From: a virus
Virus record (IMG/VR): IMGVR_UViG_3300007735_000793
Coordinates: 1-64,000 of that record
Reading direction: 5' to 3' (one strand)
Length of the DNA: 64,000 nt
A program made the translations under genes and the position numbers. Under the pieces are notes generated by a model that saw only the letters and a program-made list of their open reading frames with translations, did no database searches and had not been told where the DNA came from. Numbering within the stretch: the first letter of the stretch is position 1; each line of letters begins with the position of its first letter. Of the stretch, positions 1 through 10,800 are shown in pieces.

Positions 1-2233
1 AACCATTTCTTTGTTGAATTGATTCCAAATAAGGATTAACAATGGATAAGAAACGATTTCGGGTTGCTGCTGTGTTATTTTCAAACACCAAATATCTCGA
101 AGAAGATGCGATAAACTTCTTAACTGCTATCAACAACCTTCTTACATTGATTCTATCCAACGCAGATGGTTTAGCTTGTAGCGTTTTCTGTCCAAATACA
201 GTTGCTCCCTGACCAGGAAATGTTGCGATTGGATTCACTCTACCAACATACAATTCGTCTCTCTCATCATGCGTCAATCTTGTCTTAACTTCAATTACAT
301 TTGATAATCCACCACGATTCAATCCAGCAGGTGCGTACCATTCGGCTGCAACTTGGTCATTAAATGCGATAACACCAGGTAGAACTACGGATGGTGGGAC
401 CCAGACAGGCTTATTCTTATCCGTATCCAATATCTTAACCCAAGGGTGGTATGTTGCTACATAATTGGAATCAAACGAAGAAAGTGAATTTACAACGGTT
501 GATATGTTATCACTCCAAGCACCACCATCCATTACAAAGAATGTATCACCTCTATCCTCACAAAGGTCTTTTGCGTATGTGGTTACTGAAGAATGTAATC
601 TATTAATTACACCAGGAATAACAATCATATTCATATCAAACTCATCAGGATTTGATACTGCGTTTATTGCTTTTCTCAATGCAACAGTTCCTGCAGCGGT
701 CGCCGAAGAACAATCTAATCCCTGTGTGTTTCCTTCTACAATATCATTACCAACCAACACTTTTCTATTAGGTTGGAATCCATCAAAACCACCTTGGAAT
801 GGTATCATAAATTTCCTAGCATCCAATTGAGCGGTTGTGGCACTATCAGTTAGAACAATACTTTGTGTGATGTTAAATACACAAGTAGCCAAATCAAAAT
901 CAGAACCAACAGTAGTAGTGCTTGTATCGGGAAGTGGATTCAAAAAGTTTAAGTTATCAGTTGTAACAAAATCAAAAGAATAACCTAAATATACATTTTT
1001 ATTGTATGAACCCGCCAATGATTGAGATGCTATATAAGTAGGAGATGGAACAGTATAAGTTGATGGGATTGGTGATGTTAAGGCACCAAATCCAAAAGGA
1101 ACTAATGTTGAATCAATTGCCCCAGCATCTACATCGGAATCAACTTCTACTCTAATGTAAACTGAATTGTTTGCATAATCACCATTTGTAGATAATTTTC
1201 CATTTGCATCTACAGTAATATATCTATCACCAATTACCCTCTTAATATAATTTGGTGAATTTGGGTCTAAATTTACATTATTGAACTGCTCTAATGTGTT
1301 TGGACGAGTATCTGAATCTTGTACCCCTTGTCCAAAAATTGAATAAGGGATTTTAGAAGTATCTACTCTTCTTACTATAACAGTAAATGTACCATAATCA
1401 GAGCCTGGAACATCTGCAGCAGTTTTAATATCTCTGATACCCACTTTGATTTCATAGTTCGTTGAATTACCATGTGATAGTGTGTGGAATTTAAATAAGT
1501 TTACAGCAGTTCCACCAATCTTTTGTGATTTAATCCAAGGGGTTGATGCTACTGAATATTCTTTGGTAAAATCAAAATCTACAAGTGATGCAGTTTGAAC
1601 TAAAACAACCTCACCAGTCGCAAATGATGCAGATTGGAATGTATTAAAGTTTAGGTATGTATATGCTTGCTTACTGCTTTTTGGTAAGTATCCAAATGTT
1701 TTTGTAAAGTAATTTGCATTACTTGGGTTTAAGGAAGATGTTGTTGTGTTATTTCCTGTAAACGCAGAACCTGAAAGAATTAATCCAAATGATGATGCGG
1801 TTACATTCGTTGTTGTACCACCTACTAAATTTCTAACAATAGATGTTTGAAACAAATCACTAGTAGCATTCGGAATAGAACCACTTAAAGATGGATAAAG
1901 AACCGCTGCTACTCTATTTCCTTGTGAAGATGAAATAGTTAAAACTAATGGTTTTTTAAATGTGTACCCCTCAGTTCCCAATACTCTAACGATTGTTGCA
2001 TTAGGAGCATCCTGCAAATAAGCTTGTGCCGTATAAGGAAGGTATGAATCCTCCGTTAAACCACCAAACTTTTGTTGGAACTCATTAAATGATTCAACCC
2101 GCGTTGGTACAAACGCAGGTCCTTTGATAGTTTGTCCAATAAGGACAGCACCTATTTCTGCTACTCCTTGTGGTAAAAATGATAAATCCCGCTCTCTTGT
2201 GAAAACGCCAGGACTAACAATTCTTTCAGCCAT
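1..2233 (-). CDS. Tail sheath protein (T4 gp18-like), runs off the left edge; missing from the ORF track
   Basis: Manual translation from ATG at 2233: MAERIVSPGVFTRERDLSFLPQG..IGAVLIGQTIKGPAFVP; distal part WYAPAGLNRGG..RVNPIATFPGQG..FGQKTLQ..SALDRINVRRLL, the classic sheath C-terminal motifs. Confidence 0.95.
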   Translation of the reverse strand, partial: MAERIVSPGVFTRERDLSFLPQGVAEIGAVLIGQTIKGPAFVPTRVESFNEFQQKFGGLTEDSYLPYTAQAYLQDAPNATIVRVLGTEGYTFKKPLVLTISSSQGNRVAAVLYPSLSGSIPNATSDLFQTSIVRNLVGGTTTNVTASSFGLILSGSAFTGNNTTTSSLNPSNANYFTKTFGYLPKSSKQAYTYLNFNTFQSASFATGEVVLVQTASLVDFDFTKEYSVASTPWIKSQKIGGTAVNLFKFHTLSHGNSTNYEIKVGIRDIKTAADVPGSDYGTFTVIVRRVDTSKIPYSIFGQGVQDSDTRPNTLEQFNNVNLDPNSPNYIKRVIGDRYITVDANGKLSTNGDYANNSVYIRVEVDSDVDAGAIDSTLVPFGFGALTSPIPSTYTVPSPTYIASQSLAGSYNKNVYLGYSFDFVTTDNLNFLNPLPDTSTTTVGSDFDLATCVFNITQSIVLTDSATTAQLDARKFMIPFQGGFDGFQPNRKVLVGNDIVEGNTQGLDCSSATAAGTVALRKAINAVSNPDEFDMNMIVIPGVINRLHSSVTTYAKDLCEDRGDTFFVMDGGAWSDNISTVVNSLSSFDSNYVATYHPWVKILDTDKNKPVWVPPSVVLPGVIAFNDQVAAEWYAPAGLNRGGLSNVIEVKTRLTHDERDELYVGRVNPIATFPGQGATVFGQKTLQAKPSALDRINVRRLLIAVKKFIASSSRYLVFENNTAATRNRFLSIVNPYLESIQQRNG

Positions 2234-2265
2234 TATATTCTCCTAATAGTTTTTGTTTCTATATA

Positions 2266-2272
2266 ATAAATA
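2266..2272 (-). promoter_or_regulatory. TATTTAT motif upstream of the tail sheath gene
   Basis: Recurrent intergenic motif. Confidence 0.55.
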
Positions 2273-2297
2273 CAAAAAAGATTAGGGAAACCTATAT

Positions 2298-2579
2298 TTA
2301 TTGGGTAGAAGTAAAGGTATTTGTATCAATATCGTAAGAACCTACACCATATTTTTGGGTTAATTCTTTACCAAATTCATTTTGTGATTTAACTAATTCT
2401 TTGTAATTTGATATTAATTCGTTTTTTTCTTCCCGCAAGTTTGCAAAGATTTCCTCTAGCTCTTTGGATTGTATTTCAATTTCTCCAAGTCTTGCCGTAA
2501 CTGCGATACCTTTTTGGCGGAACTCTAAAAGCCGCTCTCTTTCAGTTTCTTCAAATTGTTTTACTAATGTTTCTTCCAT
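2298..2579 (-). CDS. Hypothetical coiled-coil protein
   Basis: 93-aa ORF, helical pattern, upstream TATTTAT motif. Confidence 0.7.
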   Translation of the reverse strand: MEETLVKQFEETERERLLEFRQKGIAVTARLGEIEIQSKELEEIFANLREEKNELISNYKELVKSQNEFGKELTQKYGVGSYDIDTNTFTSTQ

Positions 2580-2645
2580 AGATTTTTATATGTTTTAAGT
2601 GTTGTATATAAATATAGAAATTTTTTTTTATAAATGTTTATTTCA

Positions 2646-3407
2646 CTACATATTTTGATTTTCATCAAACACAATTCTACCAATACTATAAACCTTGCGA
2701 TTGTTGTTTTTAATCCCCACCCACTCCGGCACTATATATGCCTTTGTTACTAAGTTAATACTTGCTCTTACAATTCTATCATCACTCGTATCTGAAAGGG
2801 TTTCAAAACTATAACTATCACCCTTTATCTGAAATTTGAACCTATCACCAAATGACCTACCTTGAAAGAAGATGATTTGCTCTACTATCTTATTCAACTG
2901 CTGCATGTAATCACACCAAATATTCATTTCATACTGAACATCCAAATAATCAGGTCTTTCAACTGCAATAAACTCTTTTTTTGGTTTTGCACCTGTCAAT
3001 ATGGAAAATTGGTCATATCTATTTGATTTTGTGTAATTCACCTCAACAAATTGATGCGCATCCTCTGAATTCAAAACCTTTAACTTTGCAGCCTGTTGAT
3101 TTACGGATAATCCTGTCCTTTTAAACACTATAATAGGTGTTTGTATTCTACCATTTTCATCTTTGAAAAAGCTATCCTTTTGAGCAGATACCCACTTTTC
3201 GGGATTTGCATACCTTACTACTACGGGGATTATCTTACCATCTTCTTCTACAAAGGGTTTAACATCGTTTACCAAAAACTCTCTAAATGCCATATCTATA
3301 TCGTATATGCCAATGGATATATTTTTTGTTAAATCCCCATCACGCCTTACATCATAGGCCTTATTTCTTGTATCTTTATCGGATACATTATTTGAGTATC
3401 TATCCAT
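2646..3407 (-). CDS. Tail terminator / sheath stabiliser (gp15-like)
   Basis: YANPEKW..TPIIVFKRT..PDYLDVQYEMNIW..QLNKIVEQI pattern; lies between neck and sheath genes. Confidence 0.7.
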   Translation of the reverse strand: MDRYSNNVSDKDTRNKAYDVRRDGDLTKNISIGIYDIDMAFREFLVNDVKPFVEEDGKIIPVVVRYANPEKWVSAQKDSFFKDENGRIQTPIIVFKRTGLSVNQQAAKLKVLNSEDAHQFVEVNYTKSNRYDQFSILTGAKPKKEFIAVERPDYLDVQYEMNIWCDYMQQLNKIVEQIIFFQGRSFGDRFKFQIKGDSYSFETLSDTSDDRIVRASINLVTKAYIVPEWVGIKNNNRKVYSIGRIVFDENQNM

Positions 3408-3410
3408 TTT

Positions 3411-3944
3411 TTAAATCCCCATAGGTAGGTTATATTCCCGCTGCTGATTAGAGTTACCAAATCTTACATTAATCAACTTAATGGATGTTTGACGGGTTAC
3501 ATGCGCATTGCATATTATTGAAAGAGATGTTCCATGTCCATCTCCCCCATCCCAAGTTTGAGGATTCTTACCCACAAATAACCTATTTTCGTTTACATTA
3601 TCAACCATATAATACTCATTATCCCATTGAATAATATCACCCACATCGGGCTTTACATCCTTATCATCTTTTAGGGTATCCCTTAAAAAGTTGAATGTAG
3701 CAGTATGTTGATACGATTGTCCAAAATCATCCGAAACCTGTTCCGTATCCTGTCTATCAATTAAGCATGGGATTTTAACAGGATTATAAAAAACTTTGTC
3801 CGGTGATTCTCCATAAACATTTACCAATGATTCATCTAATACAGGCTTATAATAATACACCTCCGTATCAATTATTTCATTGATAAGTTCTTTGTTTAAC
3901 CTTCTGATTAAACTAACATCTCTCGCCGAACCAAATAACGCCAT
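3411..3944 (-). CDS. Neck / head-closure protein (gp14-like)
   Basis: NVYGES..PDVGDIIQWDNEYYMV motif; synteny. Confidence 0.75.
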   Translation of the reverse strand: MALFGSARDVSLIRRLNKELINEIIDTEVYYYKPVLDESLVNVYGESPDKVFYNPVKIPCLIDRQDTEQVSDDFGQSYQHTATFNFLRDTLKDDKDVKPDVGDIIQWDNEYYMVDNVNENRLFVGKNPQTWDGGDGHGTSLSIICNAHVTRQTSIKLINVRFGNSNQQREYNLPMGI

Positions 3945-3949
3945 CTTAA

Positions 3950-5113
3950 CTATCCTACATAAATTGGTAATGGAATACGGGTAAGTGATGATTCCAAAAA
4001 TTCAGTTTCATCCTTTTTTGCTTCCAAAAGGGCTCTTCTGCTCGTTGCCTCCAACATCTCCCTAATTTGAGTTATCAATGTTTCTTTTTCAGTTGCAGCC
4101 TGAGTCTTTAAATCAGAACCATCCAATGTTACTTCTGCACCCGGTATGGGTATTGAACTATATTTTGAACGAACCGTCCCTAATACCTCTTTTACCAATG
4201 CAAGTGTGTATTTGAATATCCACTGCCTACCATGTGCGTTTATATCAGAGTAATTCAACCTACCAAATGGAGCATTTGAAAAATCTGAAACAACCCCAGA
4301 TTTTGCTATTGGGTTATTCCGTTCTGAATCTAATGTATACTCAAAGTGTATTTTTGTTTGATTGTATAAATCGGATGGGATAGGGAATACTCTAATTCGT
4401 TTCCCATATATTTTAAACCCATATTGAGATTTTCTAATTTTATCGTTGAATTCAATCGCCTGCAATCTAAGTAGGTCATCATACATAGGTTGCATTAAAA
4501 ACGATACACCTGGTGAGTAATTACCCCATCCAAAGGTTTCCATCATTTGCTGCGAACCCATACCTGTCCCTATAAATGGGTCGAAGTAACGAACAATTGC
4601 GGGTGGATTTTCATGATAAACTTTACGAATGGTTATGCTATCAGTTGATAAGTTACCTGCTTCTAAGTTTGTAATAGAACTATCACTCAAATCATATATT
4701 TGCTTACCACCCTGCATTGAAAATGAACCGGTGTAATACGATAACCTACCACCAGTTGATGCTTCAGTTCCATAGTCAAGAGCAAGGTTTATAATACCAC
4801 TAAAATTATTATTTATTAATTTCCCGCTCAAATTGTTGGTCAATAGTGAACCCTGTAAGCTCAACATATTTTCCTTTGTCCGATACTGATTTAATTGGGA
4901 TGAAAACTCATCCACCGCCTCCTCAAAACATGCGTAAAAATCTATATCCTGCAGTTCAATATCTACCAATGGGTAACCAAGCCTTAAAGCAGACCATTTT
5001 GTTACCGAATCAGCATCAACCTGAAAATCATAATCATTATCAAACCACCCAAAAGGGGTTTTACCTGGAAAGAATGATGATGAGCCAGGATATATTGAGA
5101 TATTAACTGCCAT
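3950..5113 (-). CDS. Neck protein / head-tail adaptor (gp13-like)
   Basis: LRLGYPLVDIEL..WIFKYTLALVKEVLGTVRSKYSSIPIPGAEVTLDG. Confidence 0.85.
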   Translation of the reverse strand: MAVNISIYPGSSSFFPGKTPFGWFDNDYDFQVDADSVTKWSALRLGYPLVDIELQDIDFYACFEEAVDEFSSQLNQYRTKENMLSLQGSLLTNNLSGKLINNNFSGIINLALDYGTEASTGGRLSYYTGSFSMQGGKQIYDLSDSSITNLEAGNLSTDSITIRKVYHENPPAIVRYFDPFIGTGMGSQQMMETFGWGNYSPGVSFLMQPMYDDLLRLQAIEFNDKIRKSQYGFKIYGKRIRVFPIPSDLYNQTKIHFEYTLDSERNNPIAKSGVVSDFSNAPFGRLNYSDINAHGRQWIFKYTLALVKEVLGTVRSKYSSIPIPGAEVTLDGSDLKTQAATEKETLITQIREMLEATSRRALLEAKKDETEFLESSLTRIPLPIYVG

Positions 5114-5118
5114 TTTTG

Positions 5119-5622
5119 TTATTCTCCTTCAGTTGTTACCTCACCACCTTCGGTTGTTGGGTCAGGTGTTACCTCACCACCTTCGGTTGTTGGTTCAGGT
5201 GTTACCTCACCACCTTCGGTTGTTGGGTCAGGTGTTACTTCACCACCTTCGGTTGTTGGCTCAGGTGTTACTTCACCACCTTCGGTTGTTGGTTCGGTTG
5301 GTTCGGTTGTTGGTTCAATTACAGGTGCTACATAGTGTTCAAATGTCGCTGCAGCATTTACATCGTTTGATGATTGTAAATGGCTTATAACATAAGTTTC
5401 TAACGCATCAATAAGCTGTGAATAACCATCCGTAATTTCGGGATTGTAAACTAATGCATTCTTATCAATTGATTGATATGCTACCGTTCCACCATTGTCA
5501 ATATGCACATCCATCGTCATACCACCTCTATATGTTAAATGTGGTACAAGTGTTAAAAGAGGTGATTGGTGAATAAGACCTGTTGTTGGGTTTTGGAAAT
5601 ATCCAGTTACTTTAATTGCCAT
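5119..5622 (-). CDS. Hypothetical protein with acidic Pro/Thr-rich repeat tail
   Basis: 167-aa ORF; C-terminal (PTTEGGEVTP[ED]) repeats. Confidence 0.75.
   Translation of the reverse strand: MAIKVTGYFQNPTTGLIHQSPLLTLVPHLTYRGGMTMDVHIDNGGTVAYQSIDKNALVYNPEITDGYSQLIDALETYVISHLQSSNDVNAAATFEHYVAPVIEPTTEPTEPTTEGGEVTPEPTTEGGEVTPDPTTEGGEVTPEPTTEGGEVTPDPTTEGGEVTTEGE
5131..5315. repeat. 33-nt coding tandem repeat, ~5 copies
   Basis: Unit gttacctcaccaccttcggttgttgggtcaggt repeated with single-base variants. Confidence 0.9.
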
Positions 5623-5672
5623 ATATTTTCTCCGTTTTATATAAATAGTTTTTTATTTCATTTCCCATTTGG

Positions 5673-6368
5673 TTATGTTAAACCAAATCTTACTTTAGTT
5701 GCGTTGTAGTTTTGTTGGATTTGAGGTAATGTTAGAGCAGTATTATACATTTTATAACTTGCTATGCTGCCAGTAAAAAATTGATATGAATTATTGTTAT
5801 CTCTTCCCAAATTCCAAGTATTTGTAGGCCATATTGTATTTCCTAACCAAGTTAAACTTCGAGATGCTTTTAATTCACCATTTAGATAAATATATGAATT
5901 TGTAGGAGTAGCTTGAAATACTATATTATTCCAAGAACCATCATCTCTAATATTAGTGTTATGAGTATATGTTAAATTTTGCAATGTTGAGCCTGAAGTT
6001 GCTGAGAATACTACACGATTAGTTAAGTCAAAGTGTGCTCTAATACCATAAGTAAATCCAAATAAACCAGGTGCTGTTCCTGTTGTAGGTACAGTACCTT
6101 TACTTTGAAACCATAAATCTATTGTAAAATTAGTTAATGGGAAAAATGTGTTTCCTGTTCCAAAGGAAATAGTATCGTTTATACCATCAAAATTAAACAC
6201 CCCACCATTTTGGGAACCATATGTTGCTCCTGATGTAGTTCCATTTTTACTATTTCCACTTAAATCTCTCCAAGTAGTACCTGTACCTGAGTATGATATC
6301 TTATTAGCAGCATCCAAGTACAGCACTAACCCGTTTGTTACTATATTATTTCTTGTTAAAATTGCCAT
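5673..6368 (-). CDS. LamG/ConA-like lectin-domain virion protein (paralog 3)
   Basis: NGLVLYLDAAN..WRDLSGN..FDGIND..YNTALT..IQQNYNATK. Confidence 0.85.
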   Translation of the reverse strand: MAILTRNNIVTNGLVLYLDAANKISYSGTGTTWRDLSGNSKNGTTSGATYGSQNGGVFNFDGINDTISFGTGNTFFPLTNFTIDLWFQSKGTVPTTGTAPGLFGFTYGIRAHFDLTNRVVFSATSGSTLQNLTYTHNTNIRDDGSWNNIVFQATPTNSYIYLNGELKASRSLTWLGNTIWPTNTWNLGRDNNNSYQFFTGSIASYKMYNTALTLPQIQQNYNATKVRFGLT

Positions 6369-6374
6369 ATTTTT

Positions 6375-7067
6375 TTAGGTTAATCCAAATCGGGTTTTAG
6401 TTGCATTGTAGTTTTGAGTAATTTCAGATGGGGAGAGGGCGCGGTTGTATATTGATAGATTTGCCAAACTAAAAGTTCTACCTAGTGTATTATTACATAT
6501 TCTTTGGAAATCTGCTGTGGAAGAATCAATCAGATAATTACTAAGCCCTGTTAATTGTATCGATGATGCTGCTACTCCATTTTTATAAATTATAGAAAAT
6601 CTTGTATTGCTATCATAAGTATAAATTATTGAATACCACTGTCCATCAAAAGGAAGTTGAGTTGTAACAGCCCCCCGTCTAACTCCATCTATAAACACTT
6701 CTCCTCTATAGAAACCAGAATTGTAAGAATCATAAAAGTACCAGGCAGGTGGTCTTGAAATAAAAAAGGTATCCGATAATTGATTAAATCCGGATGTTCT
6801 TTTTAAAATGATAGATAATGTAATACCTGTCCTTATATTAAAAGTAGAATTATAAGCAGGTGGTTGTACATAATCATTACTACCATCAAAAACTATACTA
6901 CCACCCCCATCAGTACTAAAAGTTGGTCCATTTACTAATGAGCCACTATTATTATTCCCACTTAAATCCCGCCAAGTAGTAGAACCACTAACGTAGGATA
7001 GTGTGTTACCTGCATCCAATGCAAGTACTAATCCATTTGTTACTATAGGGGGCGTTCCGTAATACAT
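6375..7067 (-). CDS. LamG/ConA-like lectin-domain virion protein (paralog 2)
   Basis: NGLVLALDAGN..FDGSNDY..YNRALSPSEITQNYNATK. Confidence 0.85.
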   Translation of the reverse strand: MYYGTPPIVTNGLVLALDAGNTLSYVSGSTTWRDLSGNNNSGSLVNGPTFSTDGGGSIVFDGSNDYVQPPAYNSTFNIRTGITLSIILKRTSGFNQLSDTFFISRPPAWYFYDSYNSGFYRGEVFIDGVRRGAVTTQLPFDGQWYSIIYTYDSNTRFSIIYKNGVAASSIQLTGLSNYLIDSSTADFQRICNNTLGRTFSLANLSIYNRALSPSEITQNYNATKTRFGLT

Positions 7068-7843
7068 TATGTTAGTCCAAATCGGGTTTTAGTTGCGTTG
7101 TAGTTTTGGAGGATTTCTTGTGGGGTAAGGATACGATTGTATAATGTAAAAATAGAGGTATTACCATTATATGGTCTCCATGTCCCCCCAGAACCTTGAT
7201 TTAAAGTTGGAGCATAACTTAAAGAACTACAAAGAACAATATTTGTATCTCCATTTGTGTTAATAGTGCCATTACCATATATAATTGAAGATACAAATCT
7301 AGTGGCTGATGATTTTTGCACACCATTTACATAGAGTATTATGGTATCCCCAACCGATACAGTGATTTGATTCCAAATCCCCCAATCTATAGTTACCCCA
7401 GTGGTAGAATTAAACGAATAGCTATTTGTGGTTGAGTATGAAAAAGAAGCCCCAACTTGACAATTTCCAGATGATTTTATTAAATGAATAAAATAACCAC
7501 CAGATGTATTATAATTACCTCTAGAAATTATCGAACATTGATTACCATTACTAAATGTATCGTTTGCTCGTAACCACATAGTAAATGTTGCCACAGATGG
7601 ACTTAATATTTGAGATGTTACAGAGTTATTAATTGTTATATAATCATTACTTCCATCAAGCACAATACTACCACCAGTATCAGTGCTAAATGTAGGCCCA
7701 TTTACTAAAGTTCCGCTGAACCCGTTTCCGCTTAAATCACTCCAAGTAGTACCTGTACCTGGATATGATATCTTATTAGCAGCATCTAAATACAACACTA
7801 ATCCGTTTGTTATTATTGGTGGGTTATTCTTAAATATTGCCAT
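7067..7843 (-). CDS. LamG/ConA-like lectin-domain virion protein (paralog 1)
   Basis: Same N- and C-terminal motifs as the other two; variable centre. Confidence 0.85.
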   Translation of the reverse strand: MAIFKNNPPIITNGLVLYLDAANKISYPGTGTTWSDLSGNGFSGTLVNGPTFSTDTGGSIVLDGSNDYITINNSVTSQILSPSVATFTMWLRANDTFSNGNQCSIISRGNYNTSGGYFIHLIKSSGNCQVGASFSYSTTNSYSFNSTTGVTIDWGIWNQITVSVGDTIILYVNGVQKSSATRFVSSIIYGNGTINTNGDTNIVLCSSLSYAPTLNQGSGGTWRPYNGNTSIFTLYNRILTPQEILQNYNATKTRFGLT

Positions 7844-7855
7844 AACTATTTATTT

Positions 7856-10800
7856 TTATATCACCTGCGTTGTTATAGTTGCTCCCCATTGGTATGTTCT
7901 TGAACCTGTACCAAATACCCTTAATGAGCCGGATGTTCCACCTGCTACCACATTGAAAGAAACATCACTATTATCAGTATTTGAAAATGATTGGTTAGAT
8001 CCAACAATTGATGCTACTCCACTTCTATATCGAATAGTTGCTTTCACATCCCCCGTTATTGTATCTCGAGATGCGGTATCATATCCCGTAACAACTGCGT
8101 TTACATAAACTGATGATGATACTGAACCAAATGTAATATTCCATAAAGATGATGTTACTGCCCCAGAGGTAGAACCCGATACTTGCGTTGTCCTATATGT
8201 AAATCCATATCCTTCATTTAATATTGTGTCTGCGTAAAATGTAAGAACTGAACCGGTATTGCTTTGAACTCCAAGTTCAATGTTGTTGCCGGATTTTCTG
8301 AACACAGTATTTGGAAAATTATATATGTTTACATCCCACCCAGAATTTGCTTCTATAATAGGTAATCCCGAAACATCGTTTACCATATAAATTGAACCCG
8401 AAGTAATATCAGTAACTGTTAGTTGAGAACCAACCGAAGATGCTCCAAAATCTGCTATTATATTAGTACCCGAAGTTGCTACAGCTGATGATTGTGTAAA
8501 GGTTGCTGCTACTCTAAATGCTGTTTCGGTTTGGGAGCCGGTTGTTTGAAAGAATGTTGGTGTTATGTTTACACCATAATACTGCCCACCAACTACATTA
8601 GATGCGGATATAACAGGTGATATGGTATATGCCGATTGTGATGCGGGAAGTATAATCGTTGGAGTTGTATATGTAAATTGCCCATTATCTAAAATGGTCA
8701 TTAGGTTTGTTGGGGTGCTATTTTGAACTAAAAGTGCCGTTGTTGCGGAAGTTGCCCCACTACCTCGTACTGTTGTCTGTCCACCTTGTAGTAATGTTGT
8801 ACCATTTACATTTAGGGTTGTTGTTGGTGTTGTAGTGCCGATACCCACATTACCACTACCAGATACAAATAAAGCGTTTGCGGCTGATGGTGAACTTACC
8901 CTAAATAAAGTATCAGCATTAGCACCACTTACAAATAATCTTGCATTTGGTGCAGAGCCTGTTCCTATTCCTAAACTGCCTGAAATATCTATTACACTTT
9001 GAGCGTTCCCACCAAATTCCCAAGTTTGTAATAGTTTACTTCCCGTACCTGCTGTTGTAGCGTGAGTAGCATTTACTCTTAATACCGTATAACCACCCCC
9101 GCCAGCAGAACTTTGGTTAGCATTAAAGGTTATAGACATTGGGTTTTGTATTGCTGTTGGCGATATTCCACCCATTGAGACGTTAAACATCTCACTTTGA
9201 ACAGTAGCTCCTCTATTAACTGAAGCTACACTGCCAAATTGCCAAGTAGTTGAATTACCTAATATTCTTACTGAGCCACCATTTGCTGTTCCTGTTCCTT
9301 GGATATCTAAATCAAAATTTGAGGTTGGCGCCACTCCAGTTCCAGCAAAAAATACTGCACTATTACTTCTAACATTTAATATGTTTTGTGAGCCACTTGT
9401 TATTCTTAAAAATTCATTACCGCTTGATGCTGATATGTGAAGGAGAGATAAAGGATTAGATGTTCCTATGCCTACATTGCCACTACCACTTACAAATAAT
9501 ATATTAGCATTTGTTGGGCTATTAATACGCATCATTTGTGCGCCATCAGAACCACTTATATGAAGAAGAGCAGTTGCAGCATGTTCACCACCTATTCTAG
9601 CATTATTATACATTACTGCGCTAGTAAAAAAGCTAGTTGTGCCTACTACGTTACCACTGCTCCATATAGTTCTAGCTCTTACTGCTGATGTTCCAATATC
9701 ATAGGTGTTATGAGTATCAAATATAATATTTCGTAATGAAGAAGTTCCTGCTACTTGAAGTGTTGTGCTTGGTGTTGTAGTTCCAATGCCTACATTACCA
9801 TCATCCAACACCACCAAACTTGCAGTTGCATTGCTATTTTCTACTCTAAGTGTTGTTGTTGCGGAGGTTGTTCCACTACCTCTAATTTCTAATTTTGCCG
9901 ATGGTGAACTTTCCCCAATACCTACAAACCCAGTAGAACCTACTATTCTCATTATTTCAGGCTGAGTAAATGCACCTGCATAAAATGATATATCATTTGT
10001 TCCAAATAAGCCACCTGCATCCGATAACATATATGCAGTAGTATGTCCGAAACTTGAACTTACTATACCTGCGTTTGTATTATAGCGTATAAAGGGAGTG
10101 TATGAACCTACATTATTTCCACCTATACCATATCCAGTATTTATGTTTATATCCCCGCCAGCTACTGTTAAAGTTGATATTGGTGATGTTGTTCCTATAC
10201 CCACATTACCATTGTTACCAATATGCACCCTCACCGAACCACTTGTTTCTAATTGTAGGTTTTGGTTATCGTTAGTGCCTAAAAGTGCCGTAGCCCCAAA
10301 TGAGTTGCCATCTTGTACAAATGCGTTAGTACCCGTTGGGGTTATAAAGGATGCAGTTAGTGCGTTACTTGCAGTTCCGAATAGTGAGCCTGTTATTGAA
10401 CCATCTACCCTTAATGAGCCTGTAAAGATATGGGTATCATCCGAACTATTACCAAATTGAGTAGAGCCCGATTGATAAATGATACTTGCAGACACAAATT
10501 CGGTGTGAAACTCTTCTGCGGTTATTCTACCAGTTACTAACAAATTACCATCTACATGCAACCTTTCGGTTGGTGAGGTTGTTCCAATACCTACATTACC
10601 AGATGATGAAATAAATACTCGTGTGGTATTGTTAGTTTCTAATTGTAGGTTTTGGTTATCGTTTGTTCCGAGAGTCATTACTCCACCTATGGTATTACCC
10701 CCATTGAGGATAATCGGATTAGAACCATAAAATAATCTATTAGATGAGTTTGTCCATAAAAATGTAGAACCGGGAGATGCGGTTTGCTCTGATAGTGAAA

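Noticed and set aside
5131-5315. Repeat array as a CRISPR
   Set aside because: No unique spacers; the 33-nt period is in-frame coding; no cas genes
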